The notes below the pieces were generated by a model that had not been told where the DNA came from, searched no databases, and saw only the letters and a program-made list of their open reading frames with translations. Positions 30,848 to 40,344 of a stretch of DNA of 64,000 nt are shown here, in pieces (the first letter of the stretch is position 1; each line of letters starts with the position of its first letter). Position numbers and translations under genes: made by a program. The DNA is from Vicinamibacterales bacterium (GTDB taxonomy: Bacteria > Acidobacteriota > Vicinamibacteria > Vicinamibacterales > UBA2999): assembly GCA_046331325.1 (NCBI GenBank), contig JAXLRB010000020.1, positions 4,075 through 68,074 on the forward strand, written 5' to 3'.

Positions 30848-32368
30848 TCAGAGTCCGTAGATCGTCGAGTACTTGCTGGTGAGGTGGGCGATGTAGGGCG
30901 CCGGGTCGAGCGTGCGGCCGGTGGCCCGCACGAGCAGCTCGTTGCGCGTGTAGCGGCGGCCGTGGCGATGCACGTGGTCGGTCATCCACTCGCGGAGCGG
31001 CGTGTAGTCGGCACTGGCCAGGCCCGCGGCCACGCGCGCATCCTTCACCGCCGTCTCGAAGAGCTGGCCAGCCATCACGTTGCCGATCGTGTAGTTGCAG
31101 AAGGTGCCGATCTGGCCCGACGACCAGTGCACGTCCTGCAGCACGCCGAGGCGATCGTTCGGCACGTCGAGCCCGAGGTACTCCTTGATCTTCGCGTTCC
31201 AGGCCTCGGGCAGGTCGGCGACCTTCAGGCTGCCATCGACGAGCGCGGCCTCGATGTCGACGCGCAGCATGATGTGGAAGTCGTAGGTCAGCTCGTCGGC
31301 CTCGACGCGGATCAGGCCGGGCGCCACGCGGTTCACGCCGCGCCAGAACGTCTCGGCGTCGATATCGGCGAGTTGATCCGGGAACGCGGCCCGAGCTTCC
31401 GGGAAGTTCAGCTCCCAGAACTCGCGGCTGCGACCGACGTGGTTCTCGAAGAGTCGCGACTGGCTCTCGTGGGCGCCGAAGCTGACGCCGCTCACGGCGT
31501 AGAGGCCGACGAGATCGGTGGCGAGCGGCGTGCGCACGAACGCCGGATCGGCGTACTGCTCGTACAGCGCGTGCCCGGCCTCGTGCAGCGATCCGAAGAG
31601 GCTCGACGGCATCCAGTGCTCGTTGACGCGCGTCGTGATCCGCACGTCGTTCCGGGTGAACGACACCTCGAACGGGTGCACGGTGGTGTCGAGGCGGCCG
31701 CGGTGCAGGTCGTAGCCGATCTTCTGCGCCATCGCCAGGCCGAAGGCGAGCTGCGCGTCCTTCGGATAGGCGCGCTGCAGGAAGTCGACGCGCGGCGCCT
31801 CGCGCTCGCCGATGGCGCGCACCAGCGGCAGCATGGCCGCCCGCAGCGTCGCGAAGAGCGGCTGCAGCGACGCCACCGTCTCGCCCGGCTCGAAGCGGTA
31901 CATCAGCGCGTCGTAGGGATGCGCCTCGTAGCCGATGCACTCGGCCATCTCGCGGTTGAGCGCCACGGTCTCGTCGAGCGTGGGCACGAAGGCGGCGAAG
32001 TCGCTGGCGGCGCGGGCGTGCGCCCACACCTCGTGGCCGATGGCGGCCAGCTCGGCCCGCTTGGCCACGAGCGCGCCGGGGATGCGCAGGTGATAGTCGA
32101 TGGCCTCGCGCGTCTGGGCGCAGTTCACGCGCTCGACGCTGTCGGCGGGGAGCGACGCCGTTTCCGCCTCGGCCCGGTCGAGGAGGCGGCGGGTCTCGTC
32201 GGCCACGAGCAGGTCGCGCGCCATCACCGTGAGGGTCGCTTCCTGCTTGGCCCGCGTCTCGGCGCCGCCGGGCGGCATCATCGTGCGGGCGTCCCAGGCC
32301 AGGATCTGCTTGGCGTTGATCAGGTCGTTGACCTGGCCGATGCGTTCCAGAAGTGCCGCGTAGCTCAT
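30848..32368 (-). CDS. M32 carboxypeptidase (Taq-type metallocarboxypeptidase)
   Basis: ATG 32368 within ORF 30848..32398. HExxH (LHEAGHALYE), plus the HESQS and IRVEADE-type motifs characteristic of M32. Confidence 0.85.
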   Translation of the reverse strand: MSYAALLERIGQVNDLINAKQILAWDARTMMPPGGAETRAKQEATLTVMARDLLVADETRRLLDRAEAETASLPADSVERVNCAQTREAIDYHLRIPGALVAKRAELAAIGHEVWAHARAASDFAAFVPTLDETVALNREMAECIGYEAHPYDALMYRFEPGETVASLQPLFATLRAAMLPLVRAIGEREAPRVDFLQRAYPKDAQLAFGLAMAQKIGYDLHRGRLDTTVHPFEVSFTRNDVRITTRVNEHWMPSSLFGSLHEAGHALYEQYADPAFVRTPLATDLVGLYAVSGVSFGAHESQSRLFENHVGRSREFWELNFPEARAAFPDQLADIDAETFWRGVNRVAPGLIRVEADELTYDFHIMLRVDIEAALVDGSLKVADLPEAWNAKIKEYLGLDVPNDRLGVLQDVHWSSGQIGTFCNYTIGNVMAGQLFETAVKDARVAAGLASADYTPLREWMTDHVHRHGRRYTRNELLVRATGRTLDPAPYIAHLTSKYSTIYGL

Positions 32369-32427
32369 CGTGATGACGCCCGTTCTGGCGGCCGCCACGA
32401 ATCAGGGCGGCCCCGGTCGCCGCTCAC

Positions 32428-32449
32428 TGTATATTGTCGACCGGCGACA
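32428..32449. promoter_or_regulatory. candidate shared promoter/operator in the divergent spacer
   Basis: This is the only AT-rich patch in the 121-bp spacer: TGTATATTGTCGACCGGCGACA. It contains a TATATT -10-like hexamer, the GTCGAC palindrome and TGTCG-N5-CGACA inverted arms (GT..AC cores as in GntR operators). Confidence 0.2.
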
Positions 32450-32489
32450 TTCCAACCGGCTTCTGCTTCGAGTCGCGGCGAGACGACCC

Positions 32490-33356
32490 ATGGACCACCT
32501 GAGGTGGAACACCAGCGCGCTGGTCGAGATGGCGGTCACCGGACAGGTGAGCCAGCCCGCCATCCGACAGGGTGCGTACCTGCATTGGCCGGATGGCCGC
32601 GCCACCACCCTGCCGGGGATGTACGGCATCGTCTACAACGCCCGCGTCGGCGACCGGGCCTTCGGCTGGGCCGCCGACCACCTCGAGCCCGGCGTGTCGA
32701 TCGCGCACGCGGACGAGCGGGCCGACTACGCGCTCCACTACCTGACCTGCATCGGCAACGTGGCCGAGGTGACGAGCGGCCTGGCGCGCGGCGCCCGTGG
32801 CATCGTCACCGGTGAACACGCCCGCCTGCTCGTGGACTTCGAGCCCGATGTGCTCGAGCGCATGACCATCGGCGACACGGTGCAGATTCGCGCCCTGGGC
32901 CGTGGCCTGCGGCTCGAAGATCACCCCGCGCTCGAGTTCAAGAAGACCAGCCCGGCGCTGGCGGCGGCGTTCGGCCTGCGGGTCGAGGGCGGCCGGATCG
33001 TCTGCCCGGTGGCCATGGAGCTGCCGGCGCGCATCATGGGCTCGGGCGCCGAGCTGAATGCCGAGTTCGTCGACCAGGACCTGATGTCCGGCGATCGCGC
33101 CCTGATGGCCGAGCTCGGCATCGACCAGATGCGGCTGGGCGACCTCATCGCCATCCGCGACGTCGATCACCGCTTCGGCCGCTCCTACCGGCGTGGCTGG
33201 GTGGCCATCTGCCTCTGCATCCACGGCGACTCGGTGCTGACGGGCCACGGCCCCGGCATCCTCACGCTCATCACCGGTCCGGCCGACGCGCTGGACTTCA
33301 CGATCGACCCGGCAGCCAACATCGCCGCTACGCTCGGCATCCGGAAGGCATCATGA
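32490..33356 (+). CDS. uncharacterised protein, paralog A (possibly DUF4438 family; assignment from memory only)
   Basis: ATG 32490 within ORF 32370..33356. Good composition. Shares blocks with the next gene (YNARVGDRAFGWAADHLEPGVSI, CIGNVAEVTSG.ARGARGIVTG, MAELGIDQMRLGDLIAIRD, GHGPGILTLITGPA). Confidence 0.65.
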   Translation: MDHLRWNTSALVEMAVTGQVSQPAIRQGAYLHWPDGRATTLPGMYGIVYNARVGDRAFGWAADHLEPGVSIAHADERADYALHYLTCIGNVAEVTSGLARGARGIVTGEHARLLVDFEPDVLERMTIGDTVQIRALGRGLRLEDHPALEFKKTSPALAAAFGLRVEGGRIVCPVAMELPARIMGSGAELNAEFVDQDLMSGDRALMAELGIDQMRLGDLIAIRDVDHRFGRSYRRGWVAICLCIHGDSVLTGHGPGILTLITGPADALDFTIDPAANIAATLGIRKAS

Positions 33357-34240
33357 CCGGCCACTCGATCGCGACCAATCGTGCCGACCTCATCGCCGTG
33401 TCGGTCGCCGGCGCCGTCGCCCACCCGAGCCTGCCGCCCCTGCCGGCCGAGCCGTACCGGCTCGCCGCCGACGGCACGGCGTTCCTGCTGCCGAGCTGGG
33501 GCGGCCTCGTCTACAACGTCTCGGTCGGCGATCGTGCGTTCGGCTGGGCGGCCGACTGCATCCACCCCGGCGTCAGCATCCGGCAGGCCGAAGACACACG
33601 GAACCGCGGGCTCGTGACGTACGCCTGCGTGGGGAATCGCGCGACGGTGATGACCGGCGCCGCCGCCGGCGCGCGCGGCGTCGTCACCGGCAAGTCGGGC
33701 CGCTTCTCGGAACAGCTCATCGTGCATCTGCCGAAGGCGGTGCGGGCCACGATGGCGGTCGGCGATCAGATCGTGGTGCGCGCCGAAGGCGTGGGCCTCG
33801 CCTTCACGCAGCATCCGGGCATCGCCGTGCGCAGCCTGTCGCCCGAGCTGCTGGCGGTCATGCCGCTGCGCGAAGACGCCGGCCGCCTGGTCGCCGGAGT
33901 GACGGCGCGGATTCCCGCGCATCTCGTCGGCGCCGGGCTCGGTCTGACCTCGGAAGGCGGTAGCGTCCACCTGCAGTCCACCGATCGCGCGCTGCTGGCC
34001 GAGCTCGGCCTCGATCGGCTGCGCCTGGGCGATCTCGTGGCGCTCGACGACACCGACAGCCGCTTCAACCACGGCTATCTGCGCGGCGCCCGCGCCATCG
34101 GCGTCGTGTGCAGCACCGATGGTCCGCGCGCCGGCTACGGGCCCGGCATCACGGTGCTGCTGACGGCGCCGGCCGGCGAACTCGGCAGCGTCGAGGCGCC
34201 GGGCGCCAACCTCGCCGATCTTCTCTCCCTGGAGCCCTGA
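33353..34240 (+). CDS. uncharacterised protein, paralog B (possibly DUF4438 family)
   Basis: ATGA overlap with paralog A. Blocks matching paralog A: YNVSVGDRAFGWAADCIHPGVSI, CVGNRATVMTGAAAGARGVVTG, LAELGLDRLRLGDLVALDD and GYGPGITVLLTAPA. Confidence 0.65.
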   Translation: MTGHSIATNRADLIAVSVAGAVAHPSLPPLPAEPYRLAADGTAFLLPSWGGLVYNVSVGDRAFGWAADCIHPGVSIRQAEDTRNRGLVTYACVGNRATVMTGAAAGARGVVTGKSGRFSEQLIVHLPKAVRATMAVGDQIVVRAEGVGLAFTQHPGIAVRSLSPELLAVMPLREDAGRLVAGVTARIPAHLVGAGLGLTSEGGSVHLQSTDRALLAELGLDRLRLGDLVALDDTDSRFNHGYLRGARAIGVVCSTDGPRAGYGPGITVLLTAPAGELGSVEAPGANLADLLSLEP

Positions 34241-35328
34241 TGTCCGCCACGATTCCGATGACCGCGGTGACGCGTGACAGCCTCGAGGCTTTCACGATCG
34301 CCGTCTTCCGCGCGCTGGGTCTCTCCGACGAGGACGCTGGCATCTTCGGGCGGGCCCTCGTCTTCTCGGAGCTCCGCTTCCATCCCGGCCACGGCCAGGG
34401 CGTGCGGCGCCTGCGCCGCTATCAGGAACGGCTGCACGGACGCCAGGTGGACCCGCGGGCGCCATGGGAGATCGTGAAGGAGAGCCCGGCGCTGGCACTG
34501 GTCGACGCGCACAACGGCATCGGCACGGTGGCCGCGGCGAAGGCCATGTCGCTCGCGATCCAGAAGGCGCGGGTGTGCGGCATCGGCACGGTGCTGGTGC
34601 GGAACTCGACCCACTTCGGATCGAGCGCCGTGCACGCCTGCCAGGCGTCGGACGCCGACTGCATCGGCCTCGCGTTCACCAACGCCGGTCCCGAGATGGC
34701 GCCGTGGGGCGCACGCGAAGGCGCGGTGGGCACGAACCCGTGGGGCATCGCGGCGCCGACCGGCCTCGGCTTCCCCGCCGTGCTCGACATCGCGCTCACC
34801 ACCGCCGGCAAGGGCATGATGCAGTGGCACGCGCGCGAGCAGCGGCCGATGCCGCTCGACTGGGCGCTCACGCCCGACGGCCACGAGACCGACGACCCGA
34901 ACGCGGCGATGGCCGGCGCGCTGCTGGGCATCGGGCAGTACAAGGGCTCGGGGCTCGCGTTCATGACCGACGTGCTCACCGGCGTCATCGCCGGGGGCGG
35001 CTACGGCCTCACGCCGTACGCGGATCCGGCGAAGCTCGACGTGAGCCACACGCTCATCGCCATCGACATCGCGTGGTTCATGCCGCTGGACGAGTTCCGC
35101 CGCCGCATGGACGACTTCGCCCACATGGTGAAGTCGCGGGCGGTGCGGCCCGGTTTCAGCGAGGTGCTGATTCCCGGCGAGCAGGAAGCGCGGCGCGTGG
35201 CCACCAAGCTGGCCGTGGGCGTGCCGCTCGACGACGCGGTGCTCGCCGATCTGCTGGTGCTGGGACAGGAACTCGGCGTGCGCGAGACGCTCAGCGTCGT
35301 CGGGCCGTGGCGCGAGGCGCGCCGGTGA
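34240..35328 (+). CDS. Ldh_2-family oxidoreductase (malate/L-lactate/ureidoglycolate dehydrogenase type 2)
   Basis: 1-nt TGATG overlap with the upstream stop. Motifs HPGHGQGVRRL, NSTHFGSS, GTNPWGIAAP and GQYKGSGLAFM. Confidence 0.8.
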   Translation: MSATIPMTAVTRDSLEAFTIAVFRALGLSDEDAGIFGRALVFSELRFHPGHGQGVRRLRRYQERLHGRQVDPRAPWEIVKESPALALVDAHNGIGTVAAAKAMSLAIQKARVCGIGTVLVRNSTHFGSSAVHACQASDADCIGLAFTNAGPEMAPWGAREGAVGTNPWGIAAPTGLGFPAVLDIALTTAGKGMMQWHAREQRPMPLDWALTPDGHETDDPNAAMAGALLGIGQYKGSGLAFMTDVLTGVIAGGGYGLTPYADPAKLDVSHTLIAIDIAWFMPLDEFRRRMDDFAHMVKSRAVRPGFSEVLIPGEQEARRVATKLAVGVPLDDAVLADLLVLGQELGVRETLSVVGPWREARR

Positions 35329-36504
35329 TTGCGGCGCCGGCGCGGCCGCGACTCGCGCCGCTGGCCCCCGCCTTCCGGGCCGCGGTGCGCGATCGGCTGC
35401 GCGCGCGGGCGATGGCAGCGGGCCTCGATGGCCTGCTGGTGCTGGCGCCGGGTAACGTCACCTACGCCACCGGCTGGCACTTCTCGGTGAACGAGCGGCC
35501 GATGGGCCTGTGGATGCCGGTCGACGGCGACGCGACGCTGCTGGTGCCGCAGCTCGAGCTCGAGAACGCCGAAGTCGTGCCGGGCGTGCGCGTCGCGACG
35601 TACGACGAGTTCCCCGGCGAGGTGCCGCCGGTGCTCTGGATGATCGGGCACACGGGCGCGCGACGTCTGGGGATCGACGCACTCGAGGGGCGCCTCGTGG
35701 ACGCGGCGCGCGCGCGCCTCGACGTGCTGGACCTCACCGATCACGTGCGGCCTGAACGCGTGGTGAAGCACGTGCCGGAGCTGACCCTCATCCGCGAGGC
35801 CGCGCACTACGCCGACCTGGTGCGGGAGCGCCTGCTCGCCGTCGGCGGCGACATCATCGGCGGCGGCGGCACCGAGCTCGACCTGATGGCCGACTGCACG
35901 AGCCATGCGCGCGCCGCCCTCGTGGCCGCGCACGGCGACGCGTTCCAGGGCACGAAGGTCGGCATCACGGCGTCGGTGCACTCCGGTCCGCGCGCGGCCC
36001 TGCCGCACGGGGCCGTGCTGGCGCGTCGGCCGCAGGCCGGCGAGCCGGTGATCGCCGGCATCGGCTGCAGCCTGGGCGGCTACCACGCCGAGAGCGGCGT
36101 GACGCTCGTGTGCGGCGCCCCCAGCACCGAGCAGCGTCGTGTGATGCAGGCGATGCAGGACGCCAACGACGCCACCATCGATGCGCTCGCCCGCCGCCGC
36201 CCCTGCAGCGAGGTGAACGACGCGGCGCTCGCGCCGATTCGCGCCGCCGGCTTCGGCGACGCCATCCGGCATCGCATCGGACACGGCATGGGCGTCGAAG
36301 GGCATGAAGCGCCGTGGCTCGCCCCGGGCGATCAGGACGCCGACCGCGCCCAGCATGGTGTTCTCGTGCGAACCCGGCATCTATCGCCCCGGCGTCGACG
36401 GCTGGCGCACCATCGAGACGCTCATCGTCGGCGACGGCGCCGTCGAGATTCCGAGCCGCTTCCAGTCCGCGCATGCGTTCGACGCGCGCGTGCTGTCACT
36501 CTGA
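35325..36504 (+). pseudogene. M24-family metallopeptidase (creatinase/prolidase-like), frame-disrupted as sequenced
   Basis: GTGA overlap start. Creatinase-N-like N-terminus, then an M24 core (GYHAESGVT, HRIGHGMGVEGHEAPWL). The last 55 aa (MVFSCEPGIYRPGVDGWRTIETLIV) are in the +1 frame (track ORF 36304..36504). The junction is near 36334-36340. Confidence 0.7.
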
Positions 36505-36523
36505 GATCGAAGGAGCATCGTCC

Positions 36524-37750
36524 ATGCCCGAGCCTGCCGCCTGGCGCTATCAGAAGATCACCAAGCCGATGTTCGATCTGCCGCAGCCGCACCTCGTTTT
36601 CACGGGGCGCGTGCTGACCATGGCCGGGCCGGTCATCGAGGACGGCTTCGTCGAGATCGACGCCGGGCAGATCGTGGCCGTCGGCGCGCGCGCCGAGATG
36701 CCGGCCGGCCGCGGCACGCCGGTGGCCACCGGCGGCACGATCATGCCGGGGCTCATCAACAGCCACGCGCACCTGAACTGGGACGGCATCCACGACCTGG
36801 CGCGGCAGTCGATGGACGATCCGCGGCCGATCTCCGTCTTCAAGGCCGCCGCCAACATGCTGAAGAGCCTGCGCGCCGGCGTGACGCTGGTGCGCGACCT
36901 CGGCTTCCACGACCTGAACCTGTTCTCGAAGCAGGCGATCGAGCAGGGCATCTTCCCCGGGCCGCGCGTGAAGGTGTGCGGCAACGCCATCATCCAGACC
37001 GGCGGCCACACCTACTGGGTGTGCCGCGAGGCGAGCGGCGCCGACGAGATGCGCCGCGCCGTGCGCGAGCAGGTGAAGGGCGGCGCCGATCTCATCAAGA
37101 TCATGGCCTGCCACGACACGCTCGAGTTCACCGACGAGGAACTGCACGCGGTCATCGACGAGGCGCATCGCAACAACCTGCCGATCACCGCCCACGCCAC
37201 CTACGACGCCTGCATCGAACGCGTCGCCCGCTTCGGCGTCGACTGCGTCGAGCACGGCGGCTCGATGTCCGAGTCGACGGTGGCGCTGCTGCTCGAGAAG
37301 AAGATCCCGATCGTCACCACCTTCGCGCCGCTGGTGCAGCAGAGCCAGCCCGAAGTGGCGCGGAAGTTCGGCATCCCCGAGTGGAAGATCGAGGAGCGCC
37401 AGAAGGCGGTGGCGAACCCGGCCCGCTACGAGGGCCTGGTGCGCGCGGCGAAGGCCGGCGTGCCGATCGTGTTCGGCACCGACGCCGGCAGCCCCGCGGT
37501 GGAGCACGACGTCATCGCGCCCGAACTCGCGCACATGGTGAAGGTGGGCGTCTGCGCCGACAATCTCGACGCGCTGGCGTCGATCACGGTGCGCGCGTCG
37601 CGCGTGTCGCGCATGGAGAAGGTCATCGGCACGCTCGAAGCCGGCAAGGCCGCCGATCTCATCGTCGTCGACGGCAACCCGGATCAGGATCTGTTCGCCC
37701 TCGAGCGCGTGCGCATGACCTTCGTGAACGGCCGGAGGATGCACGGATGA
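36524..37750 (+). CDS. amidohydrolase-family metal-dependent hydrolase
   Basis: ATG 36524, 8 nt after AGGAG. HxH motif PGLINSHAHL, later ITAHATYD, CVEHGG and FGTDAG. Ends with AADLIVVDGNP, typical of COG1228-like enzymes. Confidence 0.8.
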   Translation: MPEPAAWRYQKITKPMFDLPQPHLVFTGRVLTMAGPVIEDGFVEIDAGQIVAVGARAEMPAGRGTPVATGGTIMPGLINSHAHLNWDGIHDLARQSMDDPRPISVFKAAANMLKSLRAGVTLVRDLGFHDLNLFSKQAIEQGIFPGPRVKVCGNAIIQTGGHTYWVCREASGADEMRRAVREQVKGGADLIKIMACHDTLEFTDEELHAVIDEAHRNNLPITAHATYDACIERVARFGVDCVEHGGSMSESTVALLLEKKIPIVTTFAPLVQQSQPEVARKFGIPEWKIEERQKAVANPARYEGLVRAAKAGVPIVFGTDAGSPAVEHDVIAPELAHMVKVGVCADNLDALASITVRASRVSRMEKVIGTLEAGKAADLIVVDGNPDQDLFALERVRMTFVNGRRMHG

Positions 37751-38923
37751 GCCTGCTGGCCTCGCGGCTGGCGCCGCGGATCGTCGAGGAGGACGGCGCG
37801 TTCCGCACACGCATGCTGGCGGTCGCCGCCGGCATGACCGACGTGATCGCGCTCGGCCGCGGCGACCCCGACTTCCACACGCCGGCGCACATCGTGGCGG
37901 CGGCCAAGGCGGCCATCGACGCCAACCATCATCACTACACCGGCCCCACCGGCCTGCCGGCGCTGCGCGCCGCCATCGCCGCCGACCTGAGGGCCGCGCA
38001 CGGCCTCGACTACGACGCCGACGAGATCGTGGTGACCGCCGGCGCCCAGGAAGGCATCATGCTGACCATGCTGGGCCTGTGCGCGCCCGGCGACGAGGTG
38101 CTCATCACGAGCCCGCGCTTCACCACCTACGACACGGCCGTGCGGCTGTGCGGCGGCGTGCCGGTGCCGGTGCCCACCCACGAGAAGGACGACTTCGCGC
38201 TCGACGTCGCCGAGATCGAGGAGCGCATCACCCCGCGCACGCGGATGTTCGTGCTGACCTCGCCGAACAACCCGACCGGGGCGGTCACGCCACCGGCGGT
38301 GATCCGCGCCATCGCCGACGTGGCGCGCCGCCACGACCTCGTCATCGTCGCCGACGAGATCTACGCGCGGATGATCTATGCGCCCAACGAGCATCTGTCG
38401 ATCGCGACGCTGCGGGGATGCGCGAGCGCACGGTGACGCTGAACGGCTTCTCGAAGACCTACGCGATGACCGGCTGGCGCGTCGGCTACCTGGCGGCGCC
38501 AGGCGATTTCGTGGCGAAGGTGACCGAGCCGCGGCACACGCTGTCGATCAACACCTGCACCATCAGTCGCATGCGCGGCCCTCGCCGCGCTGACCGGCCC
38601 GCAAGCGCCGGTGCGGGAGATGCTCGATGCCTACGCCGAGCGGCGCGCCTGGCTGATGCCGGCCCTGCACGAGACCGGCTTCACCTACGGTCATCCCGCG
38701 GCGCGTTCTACGTCTACACCAACATCTCGTCGACGGCCTCGCGGCGCCCGAGTTCTGCGAGCGCCTGCTGCGCGAGACCGGCGTGATGGTGTTCCCCGGC
38801 ACGATGTTCGGGGATCCCAGCCTCGACTACATCCGCATCAGCTACCTGCAACCGTTGCCGCTCATTCGCGAGGCCATGGCCCGCATCGCCGAGTTCACCG
38901 CGAAGACGAGAGCCACCGCATGA
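37747..38923 (+). pseudogene. class I/II aminotransferase, paralog of 29654..30842, with about four frame disruptions
   Basis: ATGA overlaps at both ends. The N-terminal 220 aa are intact (ALGRGDPDFHTP, NPTGAV). The reading frame then hops four times: near 38411-38417 ([27 protein letters not shown]), 38566-38578 (AALAALTGP), 38696-38704 (GAFYVYTNISST) and 38734-38738 (GLAAPEFCERLLRETGVMVFPG...IAEFTAKTRATA-stop). The order was reconstructed by comparison with the intact paralog. Confidence 0.8.
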
Positions 38924-40344
38924 CCACCTCCGGCCCGAAGGACCGCTTCGTCGGCATCCAGATCAGCCCCATCAGCTTCGTCGACGAGGGCGTCGAGGCC
39001 GTGCTCGACACGCTGCAGCACCGGGTGGGCGTGAACGTGCTGATGCTGGGCACGGTGAGCTGGCTCGGCCTGAAGAGCGGGCGCTCGATCAGCCACGCGC
39101 TCGATGGCTGGCCCGACCACGGCGTGCCCGCGCCCTACCAGATGCGCGGCGGCGCCTACTTCGATCCCGACCCGCGCTACTACCGCGACACCTTCATGGC
39201 CGACTACCGGAGTCGCGACCCCGAGTTCGAGGGGAAGGACATCCTGCGGATGGTCGTGCCGGCGGCGCACGCGCGCGGCATGCAGGTCTACATCGAGCTG
39301 ATGGAGCCCTTCTTCAAGTACGCGGGCCACGGGTCGGCCGCGGCCGTCGAGGTGCCGACGCTGGCGCAGGCCATGGAGATCGATCTCTTCGGCCGCTTCG
39401 GCAGCGAGCCGTCGACCTCCCATCCGGGCTACCGCACGTGGATCCACTCGATGATCGAGGACCAGGTGCGCAATCACGCCATCGACGGCGTGATGTGGTG
39501 CAACGAGCGCAACTCTCCGCTCGACACCCTGATCCAGGGGGGCGCGCCCGGTGATTTCTCGCCGGCGGCGCGGCGCGAGGCGGCCGAGCGCGGCGTGAAC
39601 GTCGAGGCCTGCCGGCAGGCGCTGCTGCGCCTCTACGACTTCATGCAGGAGGCCGCGGCCGGCAAGACCTTCGTCGACGGCACGCTCATCACCTTCCTGC
39701 GCACGCTGCTCGACAACCCCGAGGCGCTCGTCTGGGAGAAGTTCTGGCTCGAGCGCAACAAGGACCTCGATCGCGAGCTCTACGGCCTGGTGAAGTGGTG
39801 CAAGCCCGACCTGCCGTTCGGCCTGAACGTCTGGAACCGCAACCACTTCAACCTGCTGCGCCGCGCCCAGTGGCCGTGGGCCGAGCAGACGCGCTACGCC
39901 GACTTCGTGAAGCCGATCACCTACCAGCACCAGGCGGGTGAAGTGTGGACGAAGGAGCTCGGGTTCTTCCGCAAGACGGTGCTGCGCGACTTCACGCCCG
40001 ACGAGGCGACCCGCGGCCTCTTCCGCATCCTCGGCCTCAACGAAGCGGCGTTCGCCGACCTCGTCGCCACCGGCATGGATCCCGACACCTACGTGCACGG
40101 ACAGTGCGTGGACGCCGTGCGCGGCGTGGAGGGCAAGGCGAAGGTGTACATGGGCGTCGGGGTGGACGCGCCCCGCACCAGACCCGAGACCGCCCGCTGC
40201 TCTGCCGACATCGTGCGCCGGTCGGTGCTCGCGACCTATCGCGCGGGCGGACACGGGGTGGTGCTCGCGCCGAACTACGCCTCGATGCACCTGACGCATC
40301 TCGACGGCGTCGCCCAGGCCCTCGAGGAACTGGGGCTGCGGTGA
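38920..40344 (+). CDS. 474-aa conserved-looking hypothetical protein (possibly a TIM-barrel hydrolase-like fold)
   Basis: ATG 38920 inside track ORF 38611..40344. Normal composition. The alternating strand/helix-like pattern with acidic or Asn residues at strand ends (VYIELMEP, VMWCNERNSP, LNVWNRNHF, VKPITYQ) suggests a beta/alpha barrel. No family recognised. Confidence 0.6.
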   Translation: MTTSGPKDRFVGIQISPISFVDEGVEAVLDTLQHRVGVNVLMLGTVSWLGLKSGRSISHALDGWPDHGVPAPYQMRGGAYFDPDPRYYRDTFMADYRSRDPEFEGKDILRMVVPAAHARGMQVYIELMEPFFKYAGHGSAAAVEVPTLAQAMEIDLFGRFGSEPSTSHPGYRTWIHSMIEDQVRNHAIDGVMWCNERNSPLDTLIQGGAPGDFSPAARREAAERGVNVEACRQALLRLYDFMQEAAAGKTFVDGTLITFLRTLLDNPEALVWEKFWLERNKDLDRELYGLVKWCKPDLPFGLNVWNRNHFNLLRRAQWPWAEQTRYADFVKPITYQHQAGEVWTKELGFFRKTVLRDFTPDEATRGLFRILGLNEAAFADLVATGMDPDTYVHGQCVDAVRGVEGKAKVYMGVGVDAPRTRPETARCSADIVRRSVLATYRAGGHGVVLAPNYASMHLTHLDGVAQALEELGLR

